Assembly (NCBI GenBank): GCA_009783195.1
Contig: WRHP01000002.1
Location: 4,612-68,611 of the forward strand
Length of the DNA: 64,000 bases
Origin: Syntrophorhabdaceae bacterium
Lineage (GTDB): Bacteria > Desulfobacterota > Deferrimicrobia > Deferrimicrobiales > Deferrimicrobiaceae
Direction of reading: 5' to 3'
The notes below the pieces were generated by a model. That model had not been told where the DNA came from, did not search any database, and saw only the letters and a program-made list of their open reading frames with translations. Position numbers and translations under genes: made by a program. This document shows positions 29,052 to 38,646 of this stretch, one piece after another (the first letter of the stretch is position 1; every line of letters starts with the position of its first letter).

Positions 29052-31250
29052 ATGAAAAAGGTAAGGATTGCCGCGGTTTTACTTGTGTGTTTGTGCGGCG
29101 TCCTGTCCGTTGCGTTTTTTATGTTTCTTTCGAAGGGAGAGACGCCTCCGACGTTTTTGGAAGTAAAGGAGGCGTATCGGCCCTCGGACGGAATTCTTCT
29201 TGATAGGCACGGTGAACCGCTGCAGGAGATCCGGTCGGAGTTCAGGGAAAGGGTTCTTCCGTGGGTTCCGATAGAAGAGATCTCGCCGCTGCTTGTTGAG
29301 GCTGTGCTTCGCTCCGAGGATAAGCGGTTCTTCCGGCATCCCGGAGTCGACATAATCGCCTTGTTGTCGGCCATGCATGACAACCTTGAAAGAAAGCGTT
29401 TGCGCGGCGCTTCCACTATCACCATGCAGCTTTCCGATTTGCTTGCGGGCCTGGATACGGGGGCGATGAAGAAGAGCGGCAAGTTCGCCGCGAAGGTCCG
29501 GCAGGCAAGATCCGCGTTGCTTGTAGAGCGCCGCTGGAGCAAGCGGGAAATCATGGAGGCATACCTTAACAGCGTGTCTTTTCGCGGCGAGCTGGTAGGG
29601 ATCGCCGCCGCCTCGCGCGGCATGTTCGACAAAGAGCCTGGCGGCCTTGATGCCGCGGAATCGACTCTGCTTGCGTGCCTTCTTCGCTCTCCCAACGCTT
29701 TACCTTCGGTTGTCGCGCGGCGGGCGCAATGGCTGTGCAATGACCTTGGCTGGGATGTGTCGGAGCAAAAGCTTGCGTCTCTTGCCGGAGAGCGCCTGCG
29801 CGCTCCTTTCCATGTACGTTCGCGGTACGGCAAGGCTTTTCACGCGACGCGCCTGCTTTCTCCCGGGCCGGGAGAGAAGGTGAAAAGCACGCTTGACGCC
29901 GGTATCCAACAATTTGCGGCGGACGCGGTTGCTCAACGGATCGCTTCTATCGCCAAACAGAATGTCCGCGACGGAGCTGTGCTGGTCGTGGAAAACGCCA
30001 CTGGAGAGATTCTGGCGTATGTTGGAAGCGCGGGGGGCGTGTCAAAAAACCCGTTTGTGGATGGCGCCCGGGCAAAGCGGCAGGCCGGTTCTACGCTGAA
30101 ACCGTTTATTTACGGCGCGGCTTTCGAAAAGCGGCTACTTACTCCCGCTTCGCTTCTTGACGACTCCCCGATGAATTTGCCGACAGAGCGAGGGCTCTAT
30201 GTTCCGCGCAATTATGATTCCGGTTTCCGCGGGCTGGTTTCCGCGCGGACCGCGCTGGCTTCATCTCTCAACATTCCAGCCGTGCGGGCGATTCTTGTAG
30301 TTGGCGCCGACGAGGCGGTGCGGGTTTTAAGCGGATTCAGATTTACTCTTTCCGGCGAAGGAGAAGACTATGGGCCGTCGCTTGCTTTGGGCAGCGCCGA
30401 TGTCTCCCTCGTTGAGCTTGTTGGCGCTTATCGCGCGCTGGCCAACGGTGGGCGCTGGAGTCCGATGACGCTGCGGCTTTCGGAAAGCGGGACGCCGCCG
30501 AAACGGGCAATGCTTCCCGAGGCGGCGTTTCTTGTATCCGACATCCTGTCCGACCGTACCGCGCGCGGAGAAACCTTCGGTCTGGCGAATTCACTGTCGA
30601 CCACGGTTTGGTCCGCCGTCAAGACGGGAACCAGCAAAGATATGCGGGATAACTGGTGCATTGGATATTCGAGCCGGTACACGGTCGGTGTCTGGGTCGG
30701 GAATTTTTCCGGAGAGCCGATGTGGGACGTATCGGGTGTTTCGGGCGCGGCTCCAGCCTGGGCGGACATAATGCGCCGGTTGCACACAGATGCCTCAAGC
30801 GTGCCTCCCAGGCCGCCACCGGGGCTTGTGAAAGCCCGCGTTGTTTTTCATGGCGGTCTGGACGAGGCGCGCGAAGAATGGTTTGTCTCCGGAACGGAGC
30901 CCGCCTCGGGAAAGGTGGCAGCCGTGAGTCCGGCAGCCGCTATACGTTATCCAGTGGATGGCATGATTATGGCTTTTGATCCGGACATTCCGGAAGGGCA
31001 GCAGGTCGTGTTTTTCGAGGCAAGCGGAAAAGGGTTGTCGTGGGTTCTGGACGGGGTTTTGCTTGGGCAGGCTGATGCTCCATATCCATGGAAGCTGTCA
31101 GTGGGAACTCATTCCCTTTCTCTCGTGGACCGTGATGGTAAAACGGCGCAAACTGTCGCCTTTCAGGTGCGCGGAAGTCAGCCGCCTTTGGCGGCGCTGG
31201 TCGATGACGCCGCCGATGCCTTTGGATCTCACGAAATGGATGCGCGTTGA
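29052..31250 (+). CDS. pbpC: Penicillin-binding protein 1C (glycosyltransferase/transpeptidase)
   Basis: GT51 motifs EDKRFFRHPGVD and RGASTITMQL. Transpeptidase motifs AGSTLKP (SxxK), SLN and KTGTS. Length and position next to the A2M fit PbpC. Confidence 0.92.
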   Translation: MKKVRIAAVLLVCLCGVLSVAFFMFLSKGETPPTFLEVKEAYRPSDGILLDRHGEPLQEIRSEFRERVLPWVPIEEISPLLVEAVLRSEDKRFFRHPGVDIIALLSAMHDNLERKRLRGASTITMQLSDLLAGLDTGAMKKSGKFAAKVRQARSALLVERRWSKREIMEAYLNSVSFRGELVGIAAASRGMFDKEPGGLDAAESTLLACLLRSPNALPSVVARRAQWLCNDLGWDVSEQKLASLAGERLRAPFHVRSRYGKAFHATRLLSPGPGEKVKSTLDAGIQQFAADAVAQRIASIAKQNVRDGAVLVVENATGEILAYVGSAGGVSKNPFVDGARAKRQAGSTLKPFIYGAAFEKRLLTPASLLDDSPMNLPTERGLYVPRNYDSGFRGLVSARTALASSLNIPAVRAILVVGADEAVRVLSGFRFTLSGEGEDYGPSLALGSADVSLVELVGAYRALANGGRWSPMTLRLSESGTPPKRAMLPEAAFLVSDILSDRTARGETFGLANSLSTTVWSAVKTGTSKDMRDNWCIGYSSRYTVGVWVGNFSGEPMWDVSGVSGAAPAWADIMRRLHTDASSVPPRPPPGLVKARVVFHGGLDEAREEWFVSGTEPASGKVAAVSPAAAIRYPVDGMIMAFDPDIPEGQQVVFFEASGKGLSWVLDGVLLGQADAPYPWKLSVGTHSLSLVDRDGKTAQTVAFQVRGSQPPLAALVDDAADAFGSHEMDAR

Positions 31251-31389
31251 ATTCCAGGCTGCCATGTGCGGCAAGGCCGCTGTTTCAAAATGTTCAGGTT
31301 GTGCGGGGAGCTGGACTGTGACGATTTGTTTGACTCAAAACATTCTTCTTCGGGTAACGTTTGCCTGAATAAAGGGAGCAACCGGCGGG

Positions 31390-32184
31390 TTATTCCACGT
31401 CGGCGGGGTTTTTCTTGCCGGTATTGTTCCTGTTGGTTGGCTCGTTTTTCAGAAGCCGCATTACCCGGAACGACTCGGCGTATTTAACGGCGCCGCCGCG
31501 CCTTTCTCTCTTTGGAAACGGCGTCCTGCTGTCTTTCCCGGAAGCCCGTGCGTAGATCATCGGAGCAATGTTTCGGTCTCCGAGCTGGCTTTTGTGTACA
31601 CGCAGCGACTCTATCTTCCGTTCGATAGTCCCGGTTATGTCGATCCACGTGTTTGGTTGCATGGCGGAACTGATGTAGACGGCGTGAACTTTATGGGCCG
31701 TTCCCAGCTCCGGCCAGAGAAGTTCCATCTCGCAGGCGGGAAAGACCGCCCCCAAAGCGGCTTTGGCGGTAGCGATGTGGTCCGGATGGTTGATGTACTG
31801 ATTCCCGAAAAAGAGCGGCTGCGGATCTCCGCACAGGACGACCTCCGGGCGAAACTTCCGGATCTGCCGGACCAGCAGCTTGCGCAGCGCCATGGTGTCC
31901 TCGATCTCGCAGTCGTGTTTTCTCAAAAAAACGATTCGGGAGATGCCCAGAATTTTTGCCGCGGCTTTCGATTCCCGCTCCCGAACGCGGGCAAGGCTTT
32001 TGCGCGTATATTTTTCGTATTCGTGCGTCCCGGAGTCGCCGCTGGTGATAAGGACAGCGGTTACATTACATCCGGCGTCGGCCCACTTTGCGACTGTACC
32101 TGAAACTGTAAACTCAATGTCGTCAGGGTGCGCGTAGATAGCCATCGCGGAGCGGGGAATATAGTCGGCATCGAATCGGATCAC
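31390..32184 (-). CDS. PIG-L family deacetylase (LmbE-like)
   Basis: AIYAHPDDIEFTVSGTVAKWADAGCNVTAVLITSGDSG and HPDH motifs are typical of PIG-L/LmbE zinc deacetylases. Confidence 0.85.
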   Translation of the reverse strand: MIRFDADYIPRSAMAIYAHPDDIEFTVSGTVAKWADAGCNVTAVLITSGDSGTHEYEKYTRKSLARVRERESKAAAKILGISRIVFLRKHDCEIEDTMALRKLLVRQIRKFRPEVVLCGDPQPLFFGNQYINHPDHIATAKAALGAVFPACEMELLWPELGTAHKVHAVYISSAMQPNTWIDITGTIERKIESLRVHKSQLGDRNIAPMIYARASGKDSRTPFPKRERRGGAVKYAESFRVMRLLKNEPTNRNNTGKKNPADVE

Positions 32185-32208
32185 GAAAATCTCCTTGTTT
32201 AACGCAAA

Positions 32209-32979
32209 ATGCCGCCATGCTGTAAGATGCGGTTAAAGCGTTTCAATTCTAAAAAACACGAAAGGCAAGCCGCCCTGGAGAACCGGTTCACGACAATCAT
32301 CGCCGAGGTGGACAAGGCGCGCAAGGGGATCACTATCTGCCTTGGCGTATTCTTTGCGCTGGTCGTAATCATTTTCCCCTTCTCCGAGCGTGTATTGGCG
32401 GTAATGGTACGCCTGCTGGGGAAAAAGCTTATCTCCTATTCCCCTTCGGAGGCGTTTTTGGCTCTTGCGTCGCTGTCGGTCTATTGCGCTTTCATCCTGA
32501 CACTGCCGGTCGCAGTCTGCCTTCTGTGGCGCGGAGCGATTCTTCCGCGTGTTCCGCAATTTCGAAAAAAGGGTCTTCCCTTTTTCGCTATCGCTATCGG
32601 TTTGTTCCTGTCGGGCGTGCTCCTTGGCTACTTTGTGATTCTGCCGGCGGGGATAGGCTTTCTTGTCGGCGGGTTTGAAAACGAAGAGGTGAAAGCTTTT
32701 ATCTCGGCAAGCAGGTTCATCGGTTTCTGCGGCGGTATGCTTATAGCCCTGGGGATTGCTTTCGAGATGCCGCTGCTCTCTTTTTTCCTCGCCCGGATGG
32801 GATGGTTGAAGCCCGCTTTCTTCCAGAAACGCTGGCGTTACGCCGTAACCGTCTGCACGGTGCTGGCCGCGATCATTACTCCGACGCCCGATGTCTACAA
32901 CATGATGCTTATGATGGTCCCGCTGCTTGGGCTATACGCGGTGTCTTTCATTGTTGTGCTGACGGTAAATCCAAAGTAA
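32209..32979 (+). CDS. tatC: Twin-arginine translocase subunit TatC
   Basis: Six TM segments with TatC-like motifs (SPSEAFLA, LPVAVCLLW.., FE.PLL..FLARMG, TPTPDV). The start is uncertain (32209 or 32227). Confidence 0.85.
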   Translation: MPPCCKMRLKRFNSKKHERQAALENRFTTIIAEVDKARKGITICLGVFFALVVIIFPFSERVLAVMVRLLGKKLISYSPSEAFLALASLSVYCAFILTLPVAVCLLWRGAILPRVPQFRKKGLPFFAIAIGLFLSGVLLGYFVILPAGIGFLVGGFENEEVKAFISASRFIGFCGGMLIALGIAFEMPLLSFFLARMGWLKPAFFQKRWRYAVTVCTVLAAIITPTPDVYNMMLMMVPLLGLYAVSFIVVLTVNPK

Positions 32980-33054
32980 AACCGCGCTGGATATGCGCCC
33001 GTCAAGCGTTTTGGCGTAGGTTTTCGCGCGGGCGTCTTTTCATTCATAAGCGTG

Positions 33055-33890
33055 GGCGGCTTTGTTCGCATCAAATACACTCTCCCCTGAGTGTGCTGCC
33101 ACGCGGGCTCGCTATCGCTTCGCGCCATCTCCTTTCAGGGCCGTCTTGTTCGCCATCCCTGGCTCTCTGCGACTGCAGACTCCTCGCTCTCGGCGTCCAT
33201 GCCTCCGCTTCGGAGTCTATGCCCCTTCCAGGAGAGGCGCTACGCGATAACGCTTGCCCGCCGTCCGTCATTGCTCGCCAGGCTATGCGGACATCGCAAG
33301 GAGGCTTCTCCTTTGGGTACGCTCGCTCGTCATCCCTGACTCGCGTCGCTGCCCTGTTTCTTGCTTTCGCCATCTCTGGTTTCGCGGCGAAACAGAAGGC
33401 ATACCCTGCCGGAGAACCTCCCTGCGATTTGTCCGATGTGATGGATGCGGGTTTTATGTACATGCCTACGCTGCTCTGTTTTTTGACGAAGCTGTATTTG
33501 GCTACGCATCAAAACAGAAGGCAGCATCCGCGAAAGAGATCTTTCGCTCAATCGTAGCCGCTCAGGTGGTTACGGGTTCTTGGTGTATCCATGCCTTTTC
33601 CGCCGCAATGGAGCAGACATCTCCGGTCGGCTTCTTTCGCTCGAAACCCTCTCCCTCGGGTACGCTCGCTCGCCATCCTTGGCTCGCATCGCTGTCCTGT
33701 TTCTTGTTTCGCCGTTCATGGCTACACGGCGAAACAGAAGACATCCCCTGCGGGAGAGGTTTCTCGCTCAAACGAAGCCGACCGGATGATTAGGGCATCC
33801 ATGCCAAGCCGCACGGCCCTGTTTCTTGGCGAAGCCGTCCTTGGTTGCGCGGCGAAACAAAAGGCGTCTACTGCCGGATAGGTTGCTCGC
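33055..33890. repeat. Cluster 1 of long imperfect-palindromic intergenic repeat units (about five units)
   Basis: Recurrent cores ...CCTGTTTCTTG(T/C)TTTCGCC-loop-CGGCGAAACAGAAGG... sit at about 33386, 33510 (degenerate), 33727 and 33850. Nested long-range inverted repeats include GAAACCCTCTCCCTCGGG / CCCTGCGGGAGAGGTTTC, TATCGC..GCGCC / GGCGC..GCGATA and AGACTCC / GGAGTCT. The cluster is collinear with 46031-46550. Confidence 0.85.
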
Positions 33891-33980
33891 TCAGGCAAGC
33901 TGCCTATGTACTCAACATCAGAAATGTTGAACCAGCACAAGGAAACAGTTTTTGTTTGAAAACGAAATGACCGGCGGTTT

Positions 33981-34598
33981 TTAAGCGGTTTTGCTTTTCA
34001 GATGCCGGCGGACCCACCAGACTGCCCCCGCGATCAGGACCGCTCCGATAAGCATGTCGAACCGATGGAAGTATACCCGTAGCGTGGGCCAATTTTCCCC
34101 CAGCACCATACCGATGTACGCAAGACCGAGGCACCACGGAAACGATCCGGCGAATGTATAGATGATGAACCGTGTCATATTCATCCTTGCCACGCCTGCC
34201 GGGAACGCAATGAAGGTTCGGATGACGGGAAGCAGTCTGGCGACGAAGACGATGATTTCTCCGTAACGCTGAAACCAGCGGTCGGCAAGATCCAGGTCGT
34301 GGCTGGACATAAGGATATATTTGCCGTACTTCTCGATCAGCGGCCGTCCTCCATACATCCCAAGGTAGTACGCGGGAATAGAGCCGATCACGCAGCCGAT
34401 AGCGCCGGCAAGGGATACCGCCAGAAGTGAGTGTTCTCCTTTGAACACAAGGTATCCGGAGAACGGCATGATTATTTCCGAGGGAAGCGGGATGCAGGCG
34501 GATTCGATCGCCATCAGCAGGGCGATTCCCGGCAATCCCATCCCTGAGATGACGAAGATGATGAAACCGGCCAGAGTTTCGAGTATGCGGGCGATCAT
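33981..34598 (-). CDS. DedA family membrane protein
   Basis: GIALLMAIESACIPLPSEIIMPFSGYLV...YYLGMYGGRPLIEKYGKY...RWFQRYGEIIVFVARLLPVIRTFIAFPAGVARM is the DedA/SNARE-associated signature. ATG 34598 has a GGAGGA SD. Confidence 0.9.
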   Translation of the reverse strand: MIARILETLAGFIIFVISGMGLPGIALLMAIESACIPLPSEIIMPFSGYLVFKGEHSLLAVSLAGAIGCVIGSIPAYYLGMYGGRPLIEKYGKYILMSSHDLDLADRWFQRYGEIIVFVARLLPVIRTFIAFPAGVARMNMTRFIIYTFAGSFPWCLGLAYIGMVLGENWPTLRVYFHRFDMLIGAVLIAGAVWWVRRHLKSKTA

Positions 34599-34826
34599 TG
34601 AGCTTCCTCCGGGCAACCCTGCGGTTTCGGCAAAGGTTAATTATTAAATTAGCAGTTTACCTTAATTTGCCCGCCGCGCTTTCGCTACGTCTTGATTCTC
34701 GTGGTTTCCGTTAATGCTTGCGCCGGGTCGCCCCGATTGATCGAACCTTGCAACCACTGTCTTTGGGGTGGGGCAGAGTTGGCAGCGGTGTCATATGTAG
34801 TGTCATGGCGGTGTGTGTGGGGGTTC

Positions 34827-35076
34827 ATGACACGAGCGGACAAACGGCTGCAAAAAATGCGGCGGAATCCGCGCGACTGGCGGATTGAGGATATTTAAAG
34901 CGTTGCCGACAATTTGGGTATCGATATGGATACATAACGGAGGAAGTCACGTCATCTTTCGCAGTCCCTTCGGTGAGCATTTAAGCATACCGGCTCGCAG
35001 GCCGATCAAGCCCGTTTATATTACTAAGTTCCTGGCCCTGGTTGCCGGCGTGAAGGAGGCAAACGATGAAGAATAG
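34827..35076 (+). pseudogene. hicA: HicA-family toxin, disrupted by an in-frame TAA and a frameshift
   Basis: Frame a reads MTRADKRLQKMRRNPRDWRIEDI-TAA(34896)-SVADNLGIDMDT-TAA. The frame then shifts by one to ..NGGSHVIFRSPFGEHLSIPARRPIKPVYITKFLALV. Joined together these give a complete roughly 80-aa HicA-like sequence (GSH..F...IP....IK....). The 3' end overlaps the hicB start by 11 nt. Confidence 0.7.
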
Positions 35077-35413
35077 AGTAGAACTCCGTCCGCTGACAGA
35101 AGAAGAAGGCGGCGGCTGGCTGGCGTCTTTTCCCGATCTGCCTGGTTGTATGTCTGACGGCGAAACCCCGGAAGAAGCCTTTCGCAACGCGGCGGAAGCC
35201 GAAAGCGCGTGGCTTGCCGCCAACAAACAATGGGGCAAGGCCAAAGCGGGAAAACCCGCCCGCCTTGTGGCCCGTTTGCCCCGCAGCATTCACCGTAGCT
35301 TACAGGAAAAGGCCGGCGAGGAAGGAGTAAGCGTCAATACCATGATGGTTACCCTCATTGCCCACGGCCTGGGGAAAATCGCCGGGAGCAATCAGGTTTC
35401 CAGAAACAGATAG
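35066..35413 (+). CDS. hicB: HicB-family antitoxin with a C-terminal RHH-like DNA-binding region
   Basis: LTEEEGGGWLASFPDLPGCMSDGETPEEAFRNAAEA is the HicB N-terminal RNase-H-like signature. ARLPRSIHRSLQEKAGEEGVSVNTMMVTLIAHGL is the RHH tail. Confidence 0.85.
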   Translation: MKNRVELRPLTEEEGGGWLASFPDLPGCMSDGETPEEAFRNAAEAESAWLAANKQWGKAKAGKPARLVARLPRSIHRSLQEKAGEEGVSVNTMMVTLIAHGLGKIAGSNQVSRNR

Positions 35414-35477
35414 TTTGCCACGGATATTTGCTGATATAGATTAACGCGAACGTATGAAATACGGATGCGGGTGATAT

Positions 35478-36872
35478 TCAACCCACCGTTATATAAGGAG
35501 GTCCGATGGAGAGCGTCGGCTGCGCGTCGCCCACGGGCACTCCCTGCCCGTCTTTGCCGCATGTGCCGATTCCAAACCCCAGGTCCGACCCGACGCGGTC
35601 TATCATCGAAAGCGCTTCTGGGCCGTTTCCCGTGATCGTGGCCCCGCGTACCGGCTCCCCGCGCTTTCCATTTTCAATCCTGTAACCTTCCGCCACTTCG
35701 AACATAAAATCGCCGGTAACGGTGTTAACCTGCCCGCCTCCCATTTTTACGACGAACAGCCCCGTGGGGATGCCTGCAAGGATCTCTTCCGGGAGCGTCT
35801 CGCCGGAAAGGATGACGGTATTGGTCATCCGCGGAATTGGTTTGCGGCGGTACGACTCGCGGCGGCCGTTTCCGGTGGGAGGTACGCCGGCCCGCATGGA
35901 TGAAAGCCGGTCGTGCAGGAATCCTTTCAGAATTCCCTTTTCGACCAGAAGGTTGTTTTTAGCTGGTATTCCTTCGTCGTCGATGCCGAAGGAGCCGCGC
36001 TTGCCTGGAATGGTTGCGTCATCCGCGATAGAGACGAGAGGGCTTGCGATTCGCTGCCCGATTTTGCCTTGATACACCGACATTCCCCTCAGCGCCAGGT
36101 CCGCTTCGAGACCGTGTCCAATAGCCTCGTGGACCATCGTGCCGCCCGCCTCTGAGGATATAACCACGGGCATGCGTCCGCCGGGAAGCTTTGCGGCGCG
36201 AAGCGCCCGAAGCGCTCTCCCCGCGGAGACGCGGGCCAGCCGTTCCGGAACATCGCCTTCGAGGAACTCCAGCCCTTGCGTTCCTCCGGCGGATTCGTAT
36301 CCCATCGTGAGGCCGGTATCGTTGCCTGCCACGCACTGGATCGCGAGAACCCCGTAGGTTTGTTCCTCAGTTGTGAAAGTGTCGGGATGGGCGGCAATCT
36401 CGATGCTGCGCAGCGATTCCGAATAAGTTACGCGCACCTGCCGGATCTCTGGCGAGATTCCGCGCGCAAGCCGGTCGATCTCCCGCGCCATATCGGTCTT
36501 TTCCCTGATGCCGCGCGAGGATGGCGGCACGCGAACCTGGGTTGGGCCTTTCACGATCTTCGGCGAAGCCGGAATTTCCGTCTCGACGCCGTTTCCTTCC
36601 GCGTATCTGGCCAGGTCGCCGGCGAGCGACAGGAGAGTTTTTTCAGTGAAATCGTTCGTGTAGGCGTAGAAAGTCTTTCCATGAAACAGGAGCCGGATAC
36701 CTATTCCGGCATCGGCGCCCGATACCACCCGCTCTATCCGTTCGTCCTCAAGCAGCAGATTCTGTGACCGGATCTCTTCCCGGAACAGTTCGCCATATTC
36801 TCCGCCTCTGGAGAGAAGGGCGCGGAGAATTTTTTGCGCGGGCAGGTCCGCAAGCTTTGGAACGACGGCCAA
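35478..36872 (-). CDS. tldD: TldD-family metalloprotease
   Basis: GGTMVHEAIGHGLEAD (HExxxH) and a C-terminal GKDGQGVPVGDAQPTL..... are typical of TldD rather than PmbA. TTG start with a GGAGAG SD. Confidence 0.9.
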   Translation of the reverse strand: MAVVPKLADLPAQKILRALLSRGGEYGELFREEIRSQNLLLEDERIERVVSGADAGIGIRLLFHGKTFYAYTNDFTEKTLLSLAGDLARYAEGNGVETEIPASPKIVKGPTQVRVPPSSRGIREKTDMAREIDRLARGISPEIRQVRVTYSESLRSIEIAAHPDTFTTEEQTYGVLAIQCVAGNDTGLTMGYESAGGTQGLEFLEGDVPERLARVSAGRALRALRAAKLPGGRMPVVISSEAGGTMVHEAIGHGLEADLALRGMSVYQGKIGQRIASPLVSIADDATIPGKRGSFGIDDEGIPAKNNLLVEKGILKGFLHDRLSSMRAGVPPTGNGRRESYRRKPIPRMTNTVILSGETLPEEILAGIPTGLFVVKMGGGQVNTVTGDFMFEVAEGYRIENGKRGEPVRGATITGNGPEALSMIDRVGSDLGFGIGTCGKDGQGVPVGDAQPTLSIGPPYITVG

Positions 36873-36945
36873 GGGGTCTCTCCTTCCTTATTTAATTGGC
36901 GTACAAGTGTATAATAAATTTTCTTTTCCCGCTTGGAGGAGATCG

Positions 36946-38646
36946 ATGAAAAAGCATGCCGTAATGTGGATATTGGTTCTCTTCCTTTTTGTTTTTAATG
37001 CGGAAGCGGGCATCAGAGATATTTTTTCCAGAGGCATAAGGCCGGCGGGCGCTCCTTACGCCGATTTCCTCGCGGGATATATAGAATACCGCGCCGGCAA
37101 TTTTGACGCCGCGCTTGAGTTGTACCGAAAAGCGTTGAAGGCCGCCCCGAATAATCCTGACATTCTTTACGAAATAGCAAGCGTACAAGTGAAAAAGGGG
37201 CAAGTTCCAGACGCCAAGGAAACATTGCGTAAAGCGCTGGTCGCGGACCCGGCGCATGGCGATGCGCGTTTCCTGCTTGCCGGGGTTCTGGGAATTACCG
37301 GCGATAAAACCGGAGCCATACGCGAGTACGAACGCGTGATCAAGGATAATCCGCGCAACGAAGACGCCTATCTCCACATGGCAACCATGTATGCGGAACA
37401 GAACCAGATTCCCAAGGCGAAAGAGGTATTGACCGACCTGGTGGGAAATAAGCCCGATTCCCATTTTGGGTATTACTACCGTGGCCGGATTCACGCGTCG
37501 CAAAAAGAATTTGAACCGGCTCTGGAAGATTTCGACAAGTCGCTGCGGATATCTCCGGGCTTTGGCGCCGCGCTTTTGGATTCCGGCTCGATTCTGGAAC
37601 TGCTTGATCGTCCGGCGGAGGCGGAAGAACGCTATCGGGAGGCGTTGAGAGGTTCCCCCGGCAGCGCAATCCTGCGCGAGCGGCTTGGGAGGCTGCTCGT
37701 TCGGGAGAAGAAGATCGATCAGGCGGTGAGCGAGTACGAAGAACTGAAGAAATTTTCTCCCACAAGCGCTGATGTCCGGTCAAAGCTTGGGCTTTTATAT
37801 CTTGAGCGCGACATGTTCGACCAGGCGATCAACGAGTTCAACTTTGTCCTCAAGGTGGATCCGTCCAACGCGCACGCAAGGTTCTTCCTGGGGGTGGCCT
37901 ACGAAGAACAGAAAGTTTACAAGGAGGCGGTGGAAGCCTTCCGTCTGGTGCCGGAAGATTCGTCTCTCTACCGCGACGCCCAGATGCGGCTTGCCCTGGT
38001 TCTCTCGCGGGATGGCCGGTTCGAAGAAGCGATCGACGCGGCAAAGGGCCTGCAACAGAAGCAACCGGACGACATCGACCTGTTGGTCTTCGTCGGCGGG
38101 CTGCTGGAGGAGGCGAAACGGTATGAGGAGGCGCTGGGGCTTTTAGACGAGGTGACGAAGAAGGCGCCGGATAACGCCATGGCCTGGTTTTCTCTGGGTG
38201 TGGTCAACGACAAGCTTGGGCGGCTGGATGACCTGGTGTCTTCGATGGAGAAGGTTATAGCCATCAACCCGAAGCACGCGACCGCTCTCAACTATCTCGG
38301 ATACACATTCGCTGACAGGAACATGCGGCTCGACTATGCGGAAAAGCTTATCCTGCGCGCGCTGGAGGAGAGACCGGAAGACGGTTTCTTTATGGACAGC
38401 CTCGCATGGGTGTATTATCGCCGCGGCAGTTTCGCAAAAGCCGAGCAGACGCAGAAGAAGGCGCTTGCTCTGGTTCCCGACGACCCCGTCATGCTGGAGC
38501 ATATGGGAGACATTCTGCTGGCCCGCGGCAAGCACGGCGAGGCCGCGCTAAGCTACGAAAAGGCGATCGCCAAAGGGCACGAAAACAAAGACGACGTCGA
38601 GGCGAAGCTTAAAAAAACCAGGAATGCGGGGACGCCAGGGAAGTGA
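36946..38646 (+). CDS. Tetratricopeptide-repeat (TPR) protein, secreted
   Basis: Signal peptide MKKHAVMWILVLFLFVFNAEA, followed by more than 10 TPR-like 34-aa units (A..L..Y..AL...P.N..). GGAGGAG SD before ATG 36946. Confidence 0.85.
   Translation: MKKHAVMWILVLFLFVFNAEAGIRDIFSRGIRPAGAPYADFLAGYIEYRAGNFDAALELYRKALKAAPNNPDILYEIASVQVKKGQVPDAKETLRKALVADPAHGDARFLLAGVLGITGDKTGAIREYERVIKDNPRNEDAYLHMATMYAEQNQIPKAKEVLTDLVGNKPDSHFGYYYRGRIHASQKEFEPALEDFDKSLRISPGFGAALLDSGSILELLDRPAEAEERYREALRGSPGSAILRERLGRLLVREKKIDQAVSEYEELKKFSPTSADVRSKLGLLYLERDMFDQAINEFNFVLKVDPSNAHARFFLGVAYEEQKVYKEAVEAFRLVPEDSSLYRDAQMRLALVLSRDGRFEEAIDAAKGLQQKQPDDIDLLVFVGGLLEEAKRYEEALGLLDEVTKKAPDNAMAWFSLGVVNDKLGRLDDLVSSMEKVIAINPKHATALNYLGYTFADRNMRLDYAEKLILRALEERPEDGFFMDSLAWVYYRRGSFAKAEQTQKKALALVPDDPVMLEHMGDILLARGKHGEAALSYEKAIAKGHENKDDVEAKLKKTRNAGTPGK

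Noticed and set aside
32802-33793. ORFs of 251, 179 and 130 aa (and smaller) running through repeat cluster 1
   Set aside because: They are read-through of the palindromic repeat units in several frames and on both strands. The first starts inside tatC. The same peptide fragments (for example GTLARHPWLASLSCFLFRR) recur only because the DNA unit recurs. There are no SDs and no protein-like domain organisation.
34896-34898. In-frame TAA in hicA considered as programmed readthrough or recoding
   Set aside because: A second stop and a frameshift follow within 45 nt and no recoding signals are evident. Pseudogenisation is the simpler explanation.
35478-36872. TldD without an adjacent PmbA/TldE partner, considered as an anomaly
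   Set aside because: tldD and pmbA are frequently unlinked in genomes, so the absence of the partner from this window is uninformative.
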